Source of the DNA: Verrucomicrobiota bacterium
GTDB lineage: Bacteria; Verrucomicrobiota; Verrucomicrobiia; Chthoniobacterales; Chthoniobacteraceae
DNA length: 39,674 bases
Direction: 5' to 3'
NCBI GenBank assembly: GCA_037141555.1
Contig: JBAXCI010000001.1
Location: 1-39,674, forward strand
Shown here one piece after another: positions 25,420 through 32,894 of this stretch. The position numbers and the translations under genes are program-made. Positions within the stretch are counted from its first letter, which is position 1; each line of letters opens with the position of its first letter. The notes under the pieces are model-generated. The model made no database searches. It was not told the DNA's origin and saw only the letters and a list, made by a program, of their open reading frames with translations.

Positions 25420-26220
25420 ATGCCGAAGATACCCATGGAGGACAACTTTGCCGACGTGGTGGGCAAAGCGCAACGCGGGTTGAACATAAAAGATCGCGAC
25501 TTGATGGCGCGCGCAAAAATCACCCTGCCGGAGTTGACCCGGGTCAAGGGTGAAACATTCGATGCAGCGCTGCTCCATAAGCTCGCGCCGGTGCTCGGGC
25601 TCAATGCGCGGGCGCTTGCCGAGCTTCCCAAATACCGTCCGGCAGCAGCGGAAGTGGAAGGGCTCACCATGTTCAGCACGGCTTACGGGGCGATGGCGGT
25701 AAACTCCTATCTCGTTGCCGATAGCGGCGAAGCGGTCGCTTTTGACACGGGAACGGATTGCACGGCGATGTTGACCGCTCTGCGGTCCAAACAATGGAAG
25801 CTGCGCGGGATCTTTCTCACCCATACCCACGGCGATCATCTTGCCGACCTCGCGCGTCTGCAACGCGAGACCGACGCGCCGGTTTATGTGTCGGACCGGG
25901 AACCGTTGCGCGGGGCGGAAAAATTCGAAGCCGGGCGCGAATTCACCTGTGGGCGGCTGCGGATCGAGACGCGCTCGACCTGGGGGCATAGCCGGGGCGG
26001 GACCACGTACGTCGTTCATGGGCTCAAGCGCCTCGTGGCCGTGGTGGGGGACGCAATGTTTGCCGGGTCGATGGGCGGCGGGATGGTCTCCTATGCCGAT
26101 GCCCTGCGCACGAATCGCGAGCAGATCCTGACCTTGCCGCCGGAGACCGTGCTCTGCCCGGGGCACGGACCGCTCACCACGGTGGGCGAAGAGCGGGAGC
26201 ACAATCCCTTTTTCGCGTAG
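25420..26220 (+). CDS. MBL-fold metallo-hydrolase with an N-terminal HTH-like extension
   Basis: HxHxDH motif THTHGDH and a later GH (CPGHGP). A region of about 70 aa N-terminal to the MBL core is helical (GLNIKDRDLMARAKITLPELTRVKGE...LHKLAPVLGLNARALAEL). Confidence 0.82.
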   Translation: MPKIPMEDNFADVVGKAQRGLNIKDRDLMARAKITLPELTRVKGETFDAALLHKLAPVLGLNARALAELPKYRPAAAEVEGLTMFSTAYGAMAVNSYLVADSGEAVAFDTGTDCTAMLTALRSKQWKLRGIFLTHTHGDHLADLARLQRETDAPVYVSDREPLRGAEKFEAGREFTCGRLRIETRSTWGHSRGGTTYVVHGLKRLVAVVGDAMFAGSMGGGMVSYADALRTNREQILTLPPETVLCPGHGPLTTVGEEREHNPFFA

Positions 26221-26225
26221 CGCGA

Positions 26226-27869
26226 CTACTGCACCTGCGGCAGCAGAATGCTTAGCAGATCGCTGATTTTCACCCGTTCCTGCTTCATCGAGTCGCGGTG
26301 GCGCAGCGTGACGGTTCCTTCGAGCTCGGGGCCGTTCTCGCCGATGGTGTCGAAGTCGATGGTGACACCGAACGGCGTCCCGGCTTCGTCCTGGCGGCGG
26401 TAGCGGCGTCCAATGGCCCCGCCATCGTCGTAGAAGACGTTCATGAAGGGACGGAGCAAGTCGCGCACTTGAATGGCTTTCTCGACGAGCGCCGGCTTGT
26501 TGCGCAGCAGCGGGAAGACGCCGACTTTGATCGGGGCCACGCGCGGGTGGAACCGCATCACGGTGCGCACCTCGACCTTGCCCTTCTCGTCGGTGACTTC
26601 TTCCTCGTCGTAGGCGTTGCAGATCAAGGCCAGCAGCAAGCGATCCACGCCCGCCGACGGTTCAATGACGTGCGGAATGTATTTCGCGGTCGCTTCCTGG
26701 TCGAAATATTCCATCGACTTGCCGGAATGCGTCTGGTGCTGGGTGAGGTCAAAGCAGCCGCGCGCGGCGATCCCTTCGAGTTCCTGCGTGCCGAACGGAA
26801 ATTTGTAAAGGATGTCCACCGTGGCGCGGGCGTAGTGGGCGAGTTCCTCTTTTTTCTGCCAATATTGTTCGAGCGTGTCGCGGCTCAGGCCGATGCTCTC
26901 GTACCAGCGCATCCGCTGCTCGACCCAATAGCCATGCCAGACTTCCCAGCCCCAGTTGGGCTGCGGCGGATCGGTCGGCGCGCCGTTTTCCGGCAACGCT
27001 GCCACGGAGCCGCACTGTTTTTCCACCACCTCGTCGGGCTTGATGAAAAACTCGAGCTCCATCTGCTCGAATTCACGCGAGCGGAAGGTGTAGTTGCGCG
27101 GGTTGATCTCGTTGCGGAACGCCTTGCCGATCTGCGCGATGCCGAACGGGACTTTCTGGCGCGAGGTTTCCAGCACGTTCTTGAACTGCACGAAGATGGC
27201 CTGGGCGGTCTCGGGGCGGAGATAAACGGCGTTTTCCTCGCTCTCCACCGGACCCGCGTGGCTCTTGAACATCAGGTTGAACATGCGCGGTTCGGTGAGC
27301 AGGGCGCCGTTCTCGGGGTTGTAGTGCGTGGAGTTCTCCACTTTCTCGGTGCGTTCGCCCAAGAGCGCGACGTTTTGCAATCCGCGCTGGGAATAAAACT
27401 GGGTGGCGACTTTGCGGGCGCTCTCCGCCGGTTTGCCGGGGGCGAGCAAGGCCGAGAACGGCTCGCAGACTTCCTTGCCGCTCACTTCGTCTTTCGCGCC
27501 GCTCCAGAAGTAGGCGACGCCGCTCTGTGGCTCGATCTGGTCGGCCCGGAGGCGTTTTTTGGTGAGCAAACAGTCCACCATCGGGTCGGCGAACGTGTCG
27601 CAGTGGCCGGAGGCTTTCCAGATCGCCGGGTGCATGATGATGCTGGCGTCCAAGCCCACGACGTCCTCGCGCATCTTGGTCATGCTCTTCCACCAAAGCT
27701 CTTTCACGTTGCGCTTGAGCTCCGCGCCGAGCGGACCGTAATCCCAAAAGCCGTTGATGCCGCCATAAATTTCGCTCGATTGAAAAATGAACCCGCGGCG
27801 TTTGCACAACGACACGATCTTTTCCATCCGTTCGGTGGGTTTCACTGGCTGATTGGCAGGCTGACTCAT
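26226..27869 (-). CDS. glyQS: Glycine--tRNA ligase (alpha2 class II type)
   Basis: RRGFIFQSSEIYGGINGFWDYGPLG and class II motifs. The ATG was verified at 27869-27867. Confidence 0.95.
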   Translation of the reverse strand: MSQPANQPVKPTERMEKIVSLCKRRGFIFQSSEIYGGINGFWDYGPLGAELKRNVKELWWKSMTKMREDVVGLDASIIMHPAIWKASGHCDTFADPMVDCLLTKKRLRADQIEPQSGVAYFWSGAKDEVSGKEVCEPFSALLAPGKPAESARKVATQFYSQRGLQNVALLGERTEKVENSTHYNPENGALLTEPRMFNLMFKSHAGPVESEENAVYLRPETAQAIFVQFKNVLETSRQKVPFGIAQIGKAFRNEINPRNYTFRSREFEQMELEFFIKPDEVVEKQCGSVAALPENGAPTDPPQPNWGWEVWHGYWVEQRMRWYESIGLSRDTLEQYWQKKEELAHYARATVDILYKFPFGTQELEGIAARGCFDLTQHQTHSGKSMEYFDQEATAKYIPHVIEPSAGVDRLLLALICNAYDEEEVTDEKGKVEVRTVMRFHPRVAPIKVGVFPLLRNKPALVEKAIQVRDLLRPFMNVFYDDGGAIGRRYRRQDEAGTPFGVTIDFDTIGENGPELEGTVTLRHRDSMKQERVKISDLLSILLPQVQ

Positions 27870-27912
27870 AGGGGCGTTAAACCCAACATCCCGCCCGCCG
27901 CTTTGCAAGAGG

Positions 27913-28050
27913 AAAATCAGGAAGTGGAAATCTATCAGGAACTCAGGAAATCAGGAAAAATTCAGATCCACTCCAGCGCCTAACCCGGACTTTGCATTGT
28001 CTGTATTCCTGAGTTCCTGAGTTCCTGATCCGCTTTTCTGAGTTCCTGAT
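27913..28050. repeat. Palindromic element built from tandem CAGGAAnT octamers
   Basis: The left arm 27934-27957 (atcaggaa ctcaggaa atcaggaa) matches the reverse complement of the right arm 28006-28029 (ttcctgag ttcctgag ttcctgat) at 23 of 24 positions. Extra units lie at 27916-27923 and 28036-28050. The element fills most of the glyQS/ispA divergent intergenic region. Confidence 0.85.
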
Positions 28051-28090
28051 TGCCAATCGCCCCGGGGTTCCCTCAAATGGCGGCAGCGTT

Positions 28091-28972
28091 ATGATACTGA
28101 AGGATTACCTCATCGAACGAAGCGCCACCGTGGATCGGGCGCTCGACCTGTTCCTCCCCAAAGCGACCGCCAAACCGGCCACGATCCACAAGGCGATGCG
28201 CTATTCCCTTTTCGCGGGCGGCAAACGGCTGCGGCCCGTCCTGTGCCTCGCGGCCGCCGAGGCCTGCGGGGGCGCGCTCGAACCGGCCTTCCCCGCCGCC
28301 TGCGCCGTGGAATGCATCCACACCTACTCTCTCATCCATGACGACCTCCCCTCCATGGACAATGACGACTTCCGCCGGGGCCGCCCGACCAGCCACAAGG
28401 TCTTTGGCGAAGGGATCGCCGTGCTGGCCGGTGACGCGCTGCTCACCGTCGCTTTTGAAATCCTGACCGCCGCCAAGGGCACCGCGCGTTATCCCGTCGC
28501 CGCGCTCCTGCGGGAACTCGCCCAAGCCGCCGGGAGTCGCCAACTCATCGCAGGCCAAGTCGCCGATCTGGAAGGCGAAGGCAAAAAACTCACGTTGCGC
28601 GAATTGCGGTTCATCCACGAAGCGAAAACCGCCGCGCTGCTCACCGCCTCCATCCGGCTCGGCGGCATGAGCGCCAACACCACCCCGGCGAAGCTCGAAG
28701 CCCTGACGGCGTTTGGGATGAACCTCGGGCTGGCCTTCCAGGTCATCGACGACATCCTCGATGTCACGCAAACCAGCGAAAAACTCGGCAAGAGCGCCGG
28801 GAAGGATGTGGCCGCGCAAAAAGCCACCTACCCCGCCCTGCTAGGGTTGGAGAAATCGCGCAAAGAAGCCCAGCGCCTGACGGCAGCCTCGCTCGCCGCG
28901 CTCAAACCGTTGGGCAAGAACGGCGACACACTGCGGGCTATGGCCGAGTATTTGTTGCAGCGGGAGTATTGA
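28091..28972 (+). CDS. ispA: Polyprenyl (farnesyl/geranylgeranyl) diphosphate synthase
   Basis: First Asp-rich motif LIHDDLPSMDNDDFRRG and second Asp-rich motif FQVIDDILD. Confidence 0.93.
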   Translation: MILKDYLIERSATVDRALDLFLPKATAKPATIHKAMRYSLFAGGKRLRPVLCLAAAEACGGALEPAFPAACAVECIHTYSLIHDDLPSMDNDDFRRGRPTSHKVFGEGIAVLAGDALLTVAFEILTAAKGTARYPVAALLRELAQAAGSRQLIAGQVADLEGEGKKLTLRELRFIHEAKTAALLTASIRLGGMSANTTPAKLEALTAFGMNLGLAFQVIDDILDVTQTSEKLGKSAGKDVAAQKATYPALLGLEKSRKEAQRLTAASLAALKPLGKNGDTLRAMAEYLLQREY

Positions 28973-29144
28973 AGTGAAGGGGGGAGGGAGGCGCGGGCGC
29001 GGGCGGAAAGGGAGAATGACCCAGCGTCTCCGGCGGCTTATCACCCCCGCCCACTTCGGTTTTTGGGTCAACCAGCCCCCAACCCAGAGCAATTACGCCA
29101 AGTATCGATAGACCGAGGTAGGCCAAGCCAAACCAACAGAACAT

Positions 29145-29179
29145 TGACAGACAATGTCAGACGTTGGCTGACCGTGTCA
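29145..29179 (+). promoter_or_regulatory. TGACA-N5-TGTCA palindrome plus a third TGTCA: candidate operator upstream of the RHH gene
   Basis: TGACA at 29145-29149, TGTCA at 29155-29159, and TGTCA at 29175-29179, in an AT-rich region just upstream of the candidate promoter. Confidence 0.35.
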
Positions 29180-29193
29180 ATATTTTGTTTAAT

Positions 29194-29221
29194 TTGTAAA
29201 ACCAACGCAATCGGTTAGAAT
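29194..29221 (+). promoter_or_regulatory. Candidate sigma-70-type promoter for the RHH gene
   Basis: TTGTAA (29194-29199), a 16-nt spacer, then TAGAAT (29216-29221). The second in-frame ATG (29229) would lie about 7 nt after the -10 box, which suggests a leaderless mRNA. Confidence 0.4.
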
Positions 29222-29492
29222 GGTAGCAATGCCCAAAGATACCAGAATCACTGTCAGGCTCTCCCCCCAGCTTGCGGCCCATTTGGAGGCAACGTGCAAG
29301 ATTACCGGGCTTGATGTCTCCACGGTTTGCCGCGCCTGCCTTGAAGCCTATGTAGAGCATGTCAAAACGCACGGGGAGATTCGCTTGCCGCTAGCCATTG
29401 CGGCTAAAAGCGATCTCGTGAAACCCGTCCCGGTTCGCTATTCCACACCCAAGGCTCGTTCGCGCATCTCCCCTGTCGTCAGGGAAGAGTAA
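29220..29492 (+). CDS. Ribbon-helix-helix (CopG/Arc-like) DNA-binding protein
   Basis: KDTRITVRLSPQLAAHLEATCKITGLDVSTVCRACLEAYVE has the beta-strand/helix/helix RHH pattern. An alternative start lies at 29229. There is no adjacent toxin-like partner. Confidence 0.65.
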   Translation: MVAMPKDTRITVRLSPQLAAHLEATCKITGLDVSTVCRACLEAYVEHVKTHGEIRLPLAIAAKSDLVKPVPVRYSTPKARSRISPVVREE

Positions 29493-29501
29493 CTTGGGGG
29501 C

Positions 29502-29840
29502 TTACCGCAGCACCTCCTGCACCCACATCGCGTAGTTCAGGTTGACCCAGACTTCCGGCGTTCCGGGCGGTGTCATCCAGCCCCCATTCGGATTTCTCAC
29601 CGCCATTCGCAGGCGATACCATTGTTGATCTCCCGCAGACCCGAGCACCCGGTAAGTTGCAACGCCTTTGGCTATGCCCGAGCCCACGGTCACCGTGTCC
29701 GGAAATCCGATAGCGTACAGCCAGCCCTGTTTGAGGACAACGCCTCCCGTCGGCGGACTTTGGGCCAGTAAGGGCGACCCCATGCCAGCCAACACCGCCA
29801 CCGCTCCCAGCATGCGCGCCTTGCGGCTAAATCGATTCAT
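29502..29840 (-). CDS. Small hypothetical secreted protein
   Basis: Signal peptide MNRFSRKARMLGAVAVLAGMGSPLLAQ followed by beta-rich sequence. No family recognised. Confidence 0.55.
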   Translation of the reverse strand: MNRFSRKARMLGAVAVLAGMGSPLLAQSPPTGGVVLKQGWLYAIGFPDTVTVGSGIAKGVATYRVLGSAGDQQWYRLRMAVRNPNGGWMTPPGTPEVWVNLNYAMWVQEVLR

Positions 29841-29936
29841 AACGCCTCCTCTGCTCCCGTCATCAAACGGGGTTACGGAGATGCGTTATGCCGCGAGCGG
29901 GCAAGTTTTACCGTGTGAGGGAGGGGGTTCAGGCGT

Positions 29937-30125
29937 GTCATCCTAAATCCGGAATTGAGGCTCGCGCAAAGAACGCAAAGGCCGCAAAGAGAGAATCTTA
30001 CACAAGGCGCTTCTCTCACCCGATTGGTGATATTCATTTGGTCGGGTTCTCTTCAGAACTTCCTGTTTTTGCGTTCTTTGCGAGTCTTTGCGCGAAATCC
30101 CATTGCAGGATTTAGGGTCATCCCG
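29937..30125. repeat. Imperfect palindrome of about 190 bp with GCAAAGA-unit arms
   Basis: cctaaatcc (29942-29950) pairs with ggatttagg (30108-30116). cgcgcaaaga (29963-29972) pairs with tctttgcgcg (30085-30094). Further gcaaag(a/g) units lie at 29975-29981 and 29984-29990, mirrored by tctttgc at 30075-30081 and 30085-30091. Confidence 0.8.
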
Positions 30126-30215
30126 AGCTGGCGAGGGAACTCCCAAGCGATTCCACGCTCGCTGAAATGGCTGCCTTGGAATGGCTTGCGAGGTCCCTCA
30201 CTGCGTTCGGGATGA
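30118..30215. repeat. Second long imperfect hairpin immediately downstream of the rho stop
   Basis: tcatcccga (30118-30126) pairs with tcgggatga (30207-30215). Inner pairings are gaggga/tccctc and ccaagcgattcca/tggaatggcttg. It may act as the rho 3' terminator or stabiliser on the minus strand. Confidence 0.6.
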
Positions 30216-30247
30216 CAAGCACGTTGGCCAGACTTTAGGCATCTCGT

Positions 30248-32050
30248 CTACCCCGGAATTTCCCGCAGCATCTGCGCGTTGGTCGGGAATTTCTTCAGGA
30301 AGAAGAGCAACCGCTCGATGGCTTCCGCCGGTTTGTGGCCGGAGAGGCCGCGCCGGATGATGTTGATTTTGTGCAGGTCGGTCTCGGGCAACAAGAGTTC
30401 CTCGCGCCGGGTGCCGGACATGAAGATGTCCACCGCCGGGTAGATGCGCAGGTCGCTGATCTTGCGATCCAAGACCAACTCCATGTTGCCGGTGCCTTTG
30501 AATTCCTGGAAAATCAACTCGTCCATGCGGCTGCCGGTCTCGACCAACGCCGTGGCGACGATGGTGAGCGAACCGGCCTCCTCCGTGTTGCGCGCGGAGG
30601 CGAAGAGTTTGCGTGGAATCTCAAGCGCGCGGGCATCGACGCCGCCCGACATGGTGCGCCCACCTCCGGCCATCGCGTTGTTGAAAGCGCGGCCGACGCG
30701 GGTGATCGAGTCGAGCAGGATGAAAACGTGCTTGCCAAGCTCCACCAGCCGCCGGGCGCGCTCAATGGCCAGTTGCGCGATGCGCGTGTGGCATTTGATG
30801 TCCTGGTCGTTGGAACTGGCCATCAACTCCGCCTGCGGGACGGCGCGCCGGATTTCCGTCACTTCCTCGGGCCGTTCGTCGACGAGCAAAATGATGAGCT
30901 TCATGTCGGGGTGGTTCTTCACCACGGCTTCGGCGATGTGCTGCAAATAGGTGGTCTTGCCGGTGCGGGGCGGGGCGACGATCAAGCCGCGCTGGCCGCG
31001 TCCGATGGGGGCCATCAAGTCGATCACGCGCGTGGTGAACCGCTCCGGGTCGGTTTCGAGCTTGATGAACCGGTTCGGGTTGATGGTCGTCAACTCGTCA
31101 AACAGCGGGGCGTTTTTGAAATTCTCGGGGTCCTCGCCCTCCATCTCGGTCAGCTTGTAGAGCTGCGGGCCGCGATTGCCCCGGCGGATTTCCCCGCGAA
31201 TCCACATGCCGTCGCGCAAATTGTAGCGGCGGCACACTTCGGGGGTGACAAAAATATCGGACGGATGCTGGGCGTATCCGCGTTTCGGGTCGCGCAGGAA
31301 TCCGAACCCTTTGCCCGAGACTTCCACGATCCCTTCGGCAAAGACGGGCTCGGGGCGGGGCTGTTCGGGCATGGGGGGCTGTTCCCCCGTTGCGGGTTCC
31401 GGCATGCGCGCTTCGGACGGCGCAAACTGCTGGCGCGCGGCGGCGATCCGCTCTTCGCGGGTCATGTGCTCCTGGCCTTGGCGGCGCGGGATGATGAGTT
31501 CTTCGGGCTGGGGCCGGGCCGGGGCTGCGGGAGCTTGCTGCGGTGCGGGTGGCACGGGTGCTTTTTCAACAGCGGGCGCGGAAGACCTGCCGGGCGACCA
31601 TTCCTCAACCACCGCGCCTGCGAGCGAAGCTGGCTGCGGGACGACCACCGCGCCGGGCGCGCCCTGCTGTGGCTGGCGTCCCCTGGAGCGCTGTCCGCCC
31701 CGGTTATTTCTGCCGCGTTGGCCTCCCTCCCGGCGTTCGCGGGCTGTTGCCGGTGCGGGTTCGGCGGGAGCAACAGGCGCAATCGGCTCGGCTGGCGAGG
31801 GCTCGGCAACCGCTTCGGCAACTTTCTTCACTGCCTTCTTTCGGATGGCAGCCGTCTTTTTGGCGGGTTTAGCCGGTTCTGCGGCTTTAGGAGCGGCAAC
31901 TTTTTTTGCTGCGGGCGTTTTTTTAAGCGCGGCGGCGGCTTTGGTTCCTTTGCGGGGAGCGGCTGGAGCAGCGGCGGATTTCCGTCGAACCGTTTTTTTG
32001 GGAGTTTCCTCCTCCGGGAACAACGACGGGGTATCGGTAGATTCAGTCAT
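30248..32050 (-). CDS. rho: Transcription termination factor Rho with a long low-complexity N-terminal extension
   Basis: CSD-like RNA-binding region GKGFGFLR..., Walker A APPRTGKTT, and SLTIVATALVETGSRMDE. The first ~236 aa are K/A/P-rich followed by RGG/Q-rich low complexity. Confidence 0.95.
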   Translation of the reverse strand: MTESTDTPSLFPEEETPKKTVRRKSAAAPAAPRKGTKAAAALKKTPAAKKVAAPKAAEPAKPAKKTAAIRKKAVKKVAEAVAEPSPAEPIAPVAPAEPAPATARERREGGQRGRNNRGGQRSRGRQPQQGAPGAVVVPQPASLAGAVVEEWSPGRSSAPAVEKAPVPPAPQQAPAAPARPQPEELIIPRRQGQEHMTREERIAAARQQFAPSEARMPEPATGEQPPMPEQPRPEPVFAEGIVEVSGKGFGFLRDPKRGYAQHPSDIFVTPEVCRRYNLRDGMWIRGEIRRGNRGPQLYKLTEMEGEDPENFKNAPLFDELTTINPNRFIKLETDPERFTTRVIDLMAPIGRGQRGLIVAPPRTGKTTYLQHIAEAVVKNHPDMKLIILLVDERPEEVTEIRRAVPQAELMASSNDQDIKCHTRIAQLAIERARRLVELGKHVFILLDSITRVGRAFNNAMAGGGRTMSGGVDARALEIPRKLFASARNTEEAGSLTIVATALVETGSRMDELIFQEFKGTGNMELVLDRKISDLRIYPAVDIFMSGTRREELLLPETDLHKINIIRRGLSGHKPAEAIERLLFFLKKFPTNAQMLREIPG

Positions 32051-32258
32051 AACAAAACTAATAAAGATTGGAACCCGCCATACGGGGTTAAAAGATACGA
32101 GAACGCGCCGTCAACCATTTGCTCCCAGGGTTTGTGCCCGTGGGTTTCACGGCATCGTGAGCCGTTGTTGCGAAGGAAGTTTGGCCAAGCAAAAGGCCAA
32201 ATAGAACGCGAATCTACGGCATAACAAACCAAAAAAACCGCCGCTTGTCAACGGGCAT

Positions 32259-32885
32259 TTACTCCGCAAATTCCAATACGCCAAACCGCGCCGGGACATG
32301 GAATTGCTGCCGCCCGGTGGGCGACCAGGCGCTGAGTTCCATCGGCACTCCCTGCGGGCGGTCGATGCGGTGGAAATTCGCGCGCCAACTCCCTTGCGGG
32401 GCCGCTCCCATGCTGGCGAACGGGATGGAAAGCTCGGCGCACCAACCCACCGGACCGCGCCGCACCGCCGTTTGCAACCCGTCACATTGCCACTTGAAAT
32501 CCTTGAGATACCCTTCTCCCTCGCGCCGGAGCACGAGGTCGAGCACGGCGTTGAGGGGGTTCACCTCGAACTCGAAATACCGTTCCAAATCGCCCACGGG
32601 GTCCAGAAACACCTCGACGACTTCTTCTTCAAAAAGCAGGGCATCCCGTTCGGTCAGGGTCGCCCAAACGTCGTTGTCTTCGATCCAAAACAGCACGCGC
32701 AGCTCCTGCGCGCTCCAGGCCGTCTTAAACCACGTCGCCTGTTGGGGCTTCCCGCCGGACCCGGTTTCCCGCAAAACGATCGGCGCCAGCCCGGCCCACG
32801 GCGCAGCCTGCGGGTCCGCCGCCACTGGCCCGAATTGGCGCTTCGGACAACAAAGCACCGGCAAATCGTCCCAGGGTGAACTCAC
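32259..32885 (-). CDS. Carbohydrate-binding family 9-like (CBM9/DOMON-like) domain protein
   Basis: WFKTAWSAQELRVLFWIEDNDVWAT...EEVVEVFLDP...YFEFEVNPLN...WCAELSIPF...WRANFHRID fits the CBM9-like pattern. GTG start. Confidence 0.65.
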   Translation of the reverse strand: MSSPWDDLPVLCCPKRQFGPVAADPQAAPWAGLAPIVLRETGSGGKPQQATWFKTAWSAQELRVLFWIEDNDVWATLTERDALLFEEEVVEVFLDPVGDLERYFEFEVNPLNAVLDLVLRREGEGYLKDFKWQCDGLQTAVRRGPVGWCAELSIPFASMGAAPQGSWRANFHRIDRPQGVPMELSAWSPTGRQQFHVPARFGVLEFAE

Positions 32886-32894
32886 GAAAAAACC

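Noticed and set aside
27913-28050. The tandem octamer arrays (also at 13014-13037, 29963-29990 and 35494-35558) as CRISPR arrays or minisatellites
   Set aside because: The units are only 7-9 bp and directly abutting, with no spacers, at most 3-4 copies, and an inverted-arm organisation. No cas genes are present. This is not CRISPR.
28938-29144. A 68-aa minus-strand ORF with a TM-like N-terminus, and a 31-aa plus-strand ORF (29016..29111), in the ispA-RHH gap
   Set aside because: The 68-aa ORF overlaps the ispA 3' end, and its tail is a translation of the G-run tract (PFPPAPAPPSP). The 31-aa ORF overlaps it on the other strand. Neither has supporting signals. Both are left uncalled.
32047-32232. 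A 61-aa minus-strand ORF in the rho upstream region
   Set aside because: It overlaps the rho start codon region and has no motif. The 208-bp interval is more plausibly the rho 5' leader and promoter.
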